Below, piece after piece: positions 62,395 to 64,000 of a DNA stretch of 64,000 nucleotides. The position numbers and the translations under genes are program-made. Where the stretch lies: the NCBI GenBank assembly GCA_977020255.1, contig CDROCS010001209.1, positions 124,001-188,000 on the forward strand, given 5' to 3'. The notes beneath the pieces are model-generated. The model worked only from the letters and a program-made list of their open reading frames with translations. It was not told the DNA's origin and did no database searches. Source of the stretch: Obrimoposthia wandeli. Lineage: Eukaryota. Positions within the stretch are counted from its first letter, which is position 1, and every line of letters starts with the position of its first letter.

Positions 62395-64000
62395 CAGACA
62401 TGACTGACTCACAAAAAGAACAAAAACGGCAGCAGCCCAAACTGTTGTTGAAATGGAGCTGGCGAGAATTGTGGCAAGGTCAGCTTTGGCCGGTGGCTGT
62501 TGCACTCACTTTGATTATTGCTTGTGTGTTTGCATTGGCAGCATTAGTTAGTCGGGTTGAGAAGATCATGACAGATCAGGGGCGATCAGTGCTCGCCGCT
62601 GATTTAGTGCTGGTTTCTAATAACCCGATAGAGCCGACATTGCTAAGCAAAGCCGAAGCGCTTGGTTTGACGTTTTCAGAGCAAACACGTTTTGGCACGA
62701 TGGCATTTAGCGAACAACAAATGCAGCTGATCAGTGTTAAAGCAGTAGAAAGTGACTTCCCATTACGCGGGCAATTGGCGTTACAAAATCTGCAACGTTC
62801 ACAAAGCAAAGTTAATCCGGGGGAGCTGTGGTTATCGGAACGTTTATTTTCACTTCTGGATGTTAAACAAGGGGATACTGTTGCGATTGGTGATGCTGAA
62901 TTAAGGGTGTCAGGTAAAATAACACAAGAGCCTGAACTGTCGTTTAACCCTTTTAGTCAGATGCCCGCGGTGCTCATTCATGAAAATGATGTTACAGCGA
63001 CAGGGGCGGTCCAACCTGGTGGACGTGTACAGTATCGCCTGTACCTTATGGGCAGTGACGATAAGCTTGCTGCTATTCAAGATTTTGCACCGTTAGAACC
63101 TGGTCAGCGTTGGTTGAGTGAAACGTCACAAGGTCGTACCGGAGAATTTATTGATCGCGCTAGACAATATCTGTCTTTGACGTTAATTCTGGTCATTTTA
63201 ATGGCGACAGCGACTTTGGTACTGACGTGCCAGCATTACACCTCAACCCGCGTTGAAACCGTTGCCATGATGAAAAGCTTGGGGGCGAGTAAGCGATGGT
63301 TATGGCGTTGGTTATCTGGTCAGCTTGCGATGTTATTTGGGCTTTCAGCCATTGCTGGGCTATCGATTGGCTGGGGGCTTGAAGTCTTACTGCGTTTACC
63401 CTTGGCAGATATTTTACCAGATCCATTACCTGAGATGGGAATGTCTCCATTATTAATCAGTATGTTTGTTGCCTTGCTGGTGGCGATCCCTGGGATTGGT
63501 ATTCCTTTAATTCGCTTGCTTGATGCGCCAGCTATTTCAGTGATTCAGCAACAAGCTGATAGGCCGAAAAATAATAAAGCCTACGCCTTATTGTTATTAC
63601 CTGTTGCCGCTGCATTAATTTGGTTTGGCGATAATAAATTAATGTGGATGACCTTAGCGGGTATCGTGGTCGTATTGGTGCTACTCGCCTTCTTTGGCTT
63701 AGTGATTTTATCATTATTACGCAAAAGAACGTGGGGACCAGCCATAACGTTAGCGTTGAGCCGCATAAGTCGCAGCCCATTAACAACAGGGGCTCAATTA
63801 GCGGCACTCACGAGCTCATTAATGCTATTGGCCGTTATTTGGTTATTACGATCCGATTTATTAGCCGATTGGCAGCAAACATTGCCCATTGATGCACCTA
63901 ACGTATTTGCGATTAATATCAGTGCCGAACAGCAGCAAGACTATTTAGCGAAACTCGATCAAGAAAATATTCCTCATTCTGAAGCTTATCCGGTTATTCG
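62391..64000 (+). CDS. ybbP: ABC transporter permease, FtsX-like (partial, runs off the window)
   Basis: Open frame from ATG 62391 (MTDMTDSQ..WRELWQGQLW..AADLVL); ATGA overlap with ybbA; absent from the ORF track because no stop is in the window. Confidence 0.9.
   Translation, partial: MTDMTDSQKEQKRQQPKLLLKWSWRELWQGQLWPVAVALTLIIACVFALAALVSRVEKIMTDQGRSVLAADLVLVSNNPIEPTLLSKAEALGLTFSEQTRFGTMAFSEQQMQLISVKAVESDFPLRGQLALQNLQRSQSKVNPGELWLSERLFSLLDVKQGDTVAIGDAELRVSGKITQEPELSFNPFSQMPAVLIHENDVTATGAVQPGGRVQYRLYLMGSDDKLAAIQDFAPLEPGQRWLSETSQGRTGEFIDRARQYLSLTLILVILMATATLVLTCQHYTSTRVETVAMMKSLGASKRWLWRWLSGQLAMLFGLSAIAGLSIGWGLEVLLRLPLADILPDPLPEMGMSPLLISMFVALLVAIPGIGIPLIRLLDAPAISVIQQQADRPKNNKAYALLLLPVAAALIWFGDNKLMWMTLAGIVVVLVLLAFFGLVILSLLRKRTWGPAITLALSRISRSPLTTGAQLAALTSSLMLLAVIWLLRSDLLADWQQTLPIDAPNVFAINISAEQQQDYLAKLDQENIPHSEAYPVI

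Overview
A 64-kb stretch of core chromosome from a Vibrionaceae bacterium, most likely Photobacterium (inferred from gene content, gene order and protein sequences). It runs dapA-bamC, then lipA-lipB-ybeD-dacA-rlpA-rodA-mrdA-rlmH-rsfS-holA-lptE-leuS, lnt-corC-ybeY-ybeZ-miaB-mtgA-ubiF, an expanded 23-gene Met/Leu/Gln tRNA operon (24941-28386, minus strand), ychF-pth-(5'-nucleotidase)-prs-ispE-lolB, hemA-prfA-prmC-sirB2-sirB1-kdsA, a transport/chemotaxis block, ushA-ybaK-lysR-lysE-smrA, a MITE, a tRNA-Pro array, and ybaP-copA-cueR-cnoX-ybbO-tesA-ybbA-ybbP. The proteins are mostly ordinary housekeeping genes; the unusual signal is in non-coding DNA. (1) The tRNA-Pro(TGG) array (53079-54232) has 8 units but only 3 canonical tRNAs. 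Four are a conserved 99-nt variant with replaced anticodon and T loops, and the last carries a 10-mer that is the reverse complement of the 10-mer in two of those variants. (2) One of seven tRNA-Gln copies has a G3:U70 pair, the alanine identity element. (3) A colinear, deletion-condensed relic copy of the MCP gene and its upstream region lies next to the intact gene. (4) There is a 266-bp ERIC-like MITE, and small membrane-type ORFs that the ORF track missed. No CRISPR, prophage, transposase or rRNA was found. All coordinates and alignments were done by eye.
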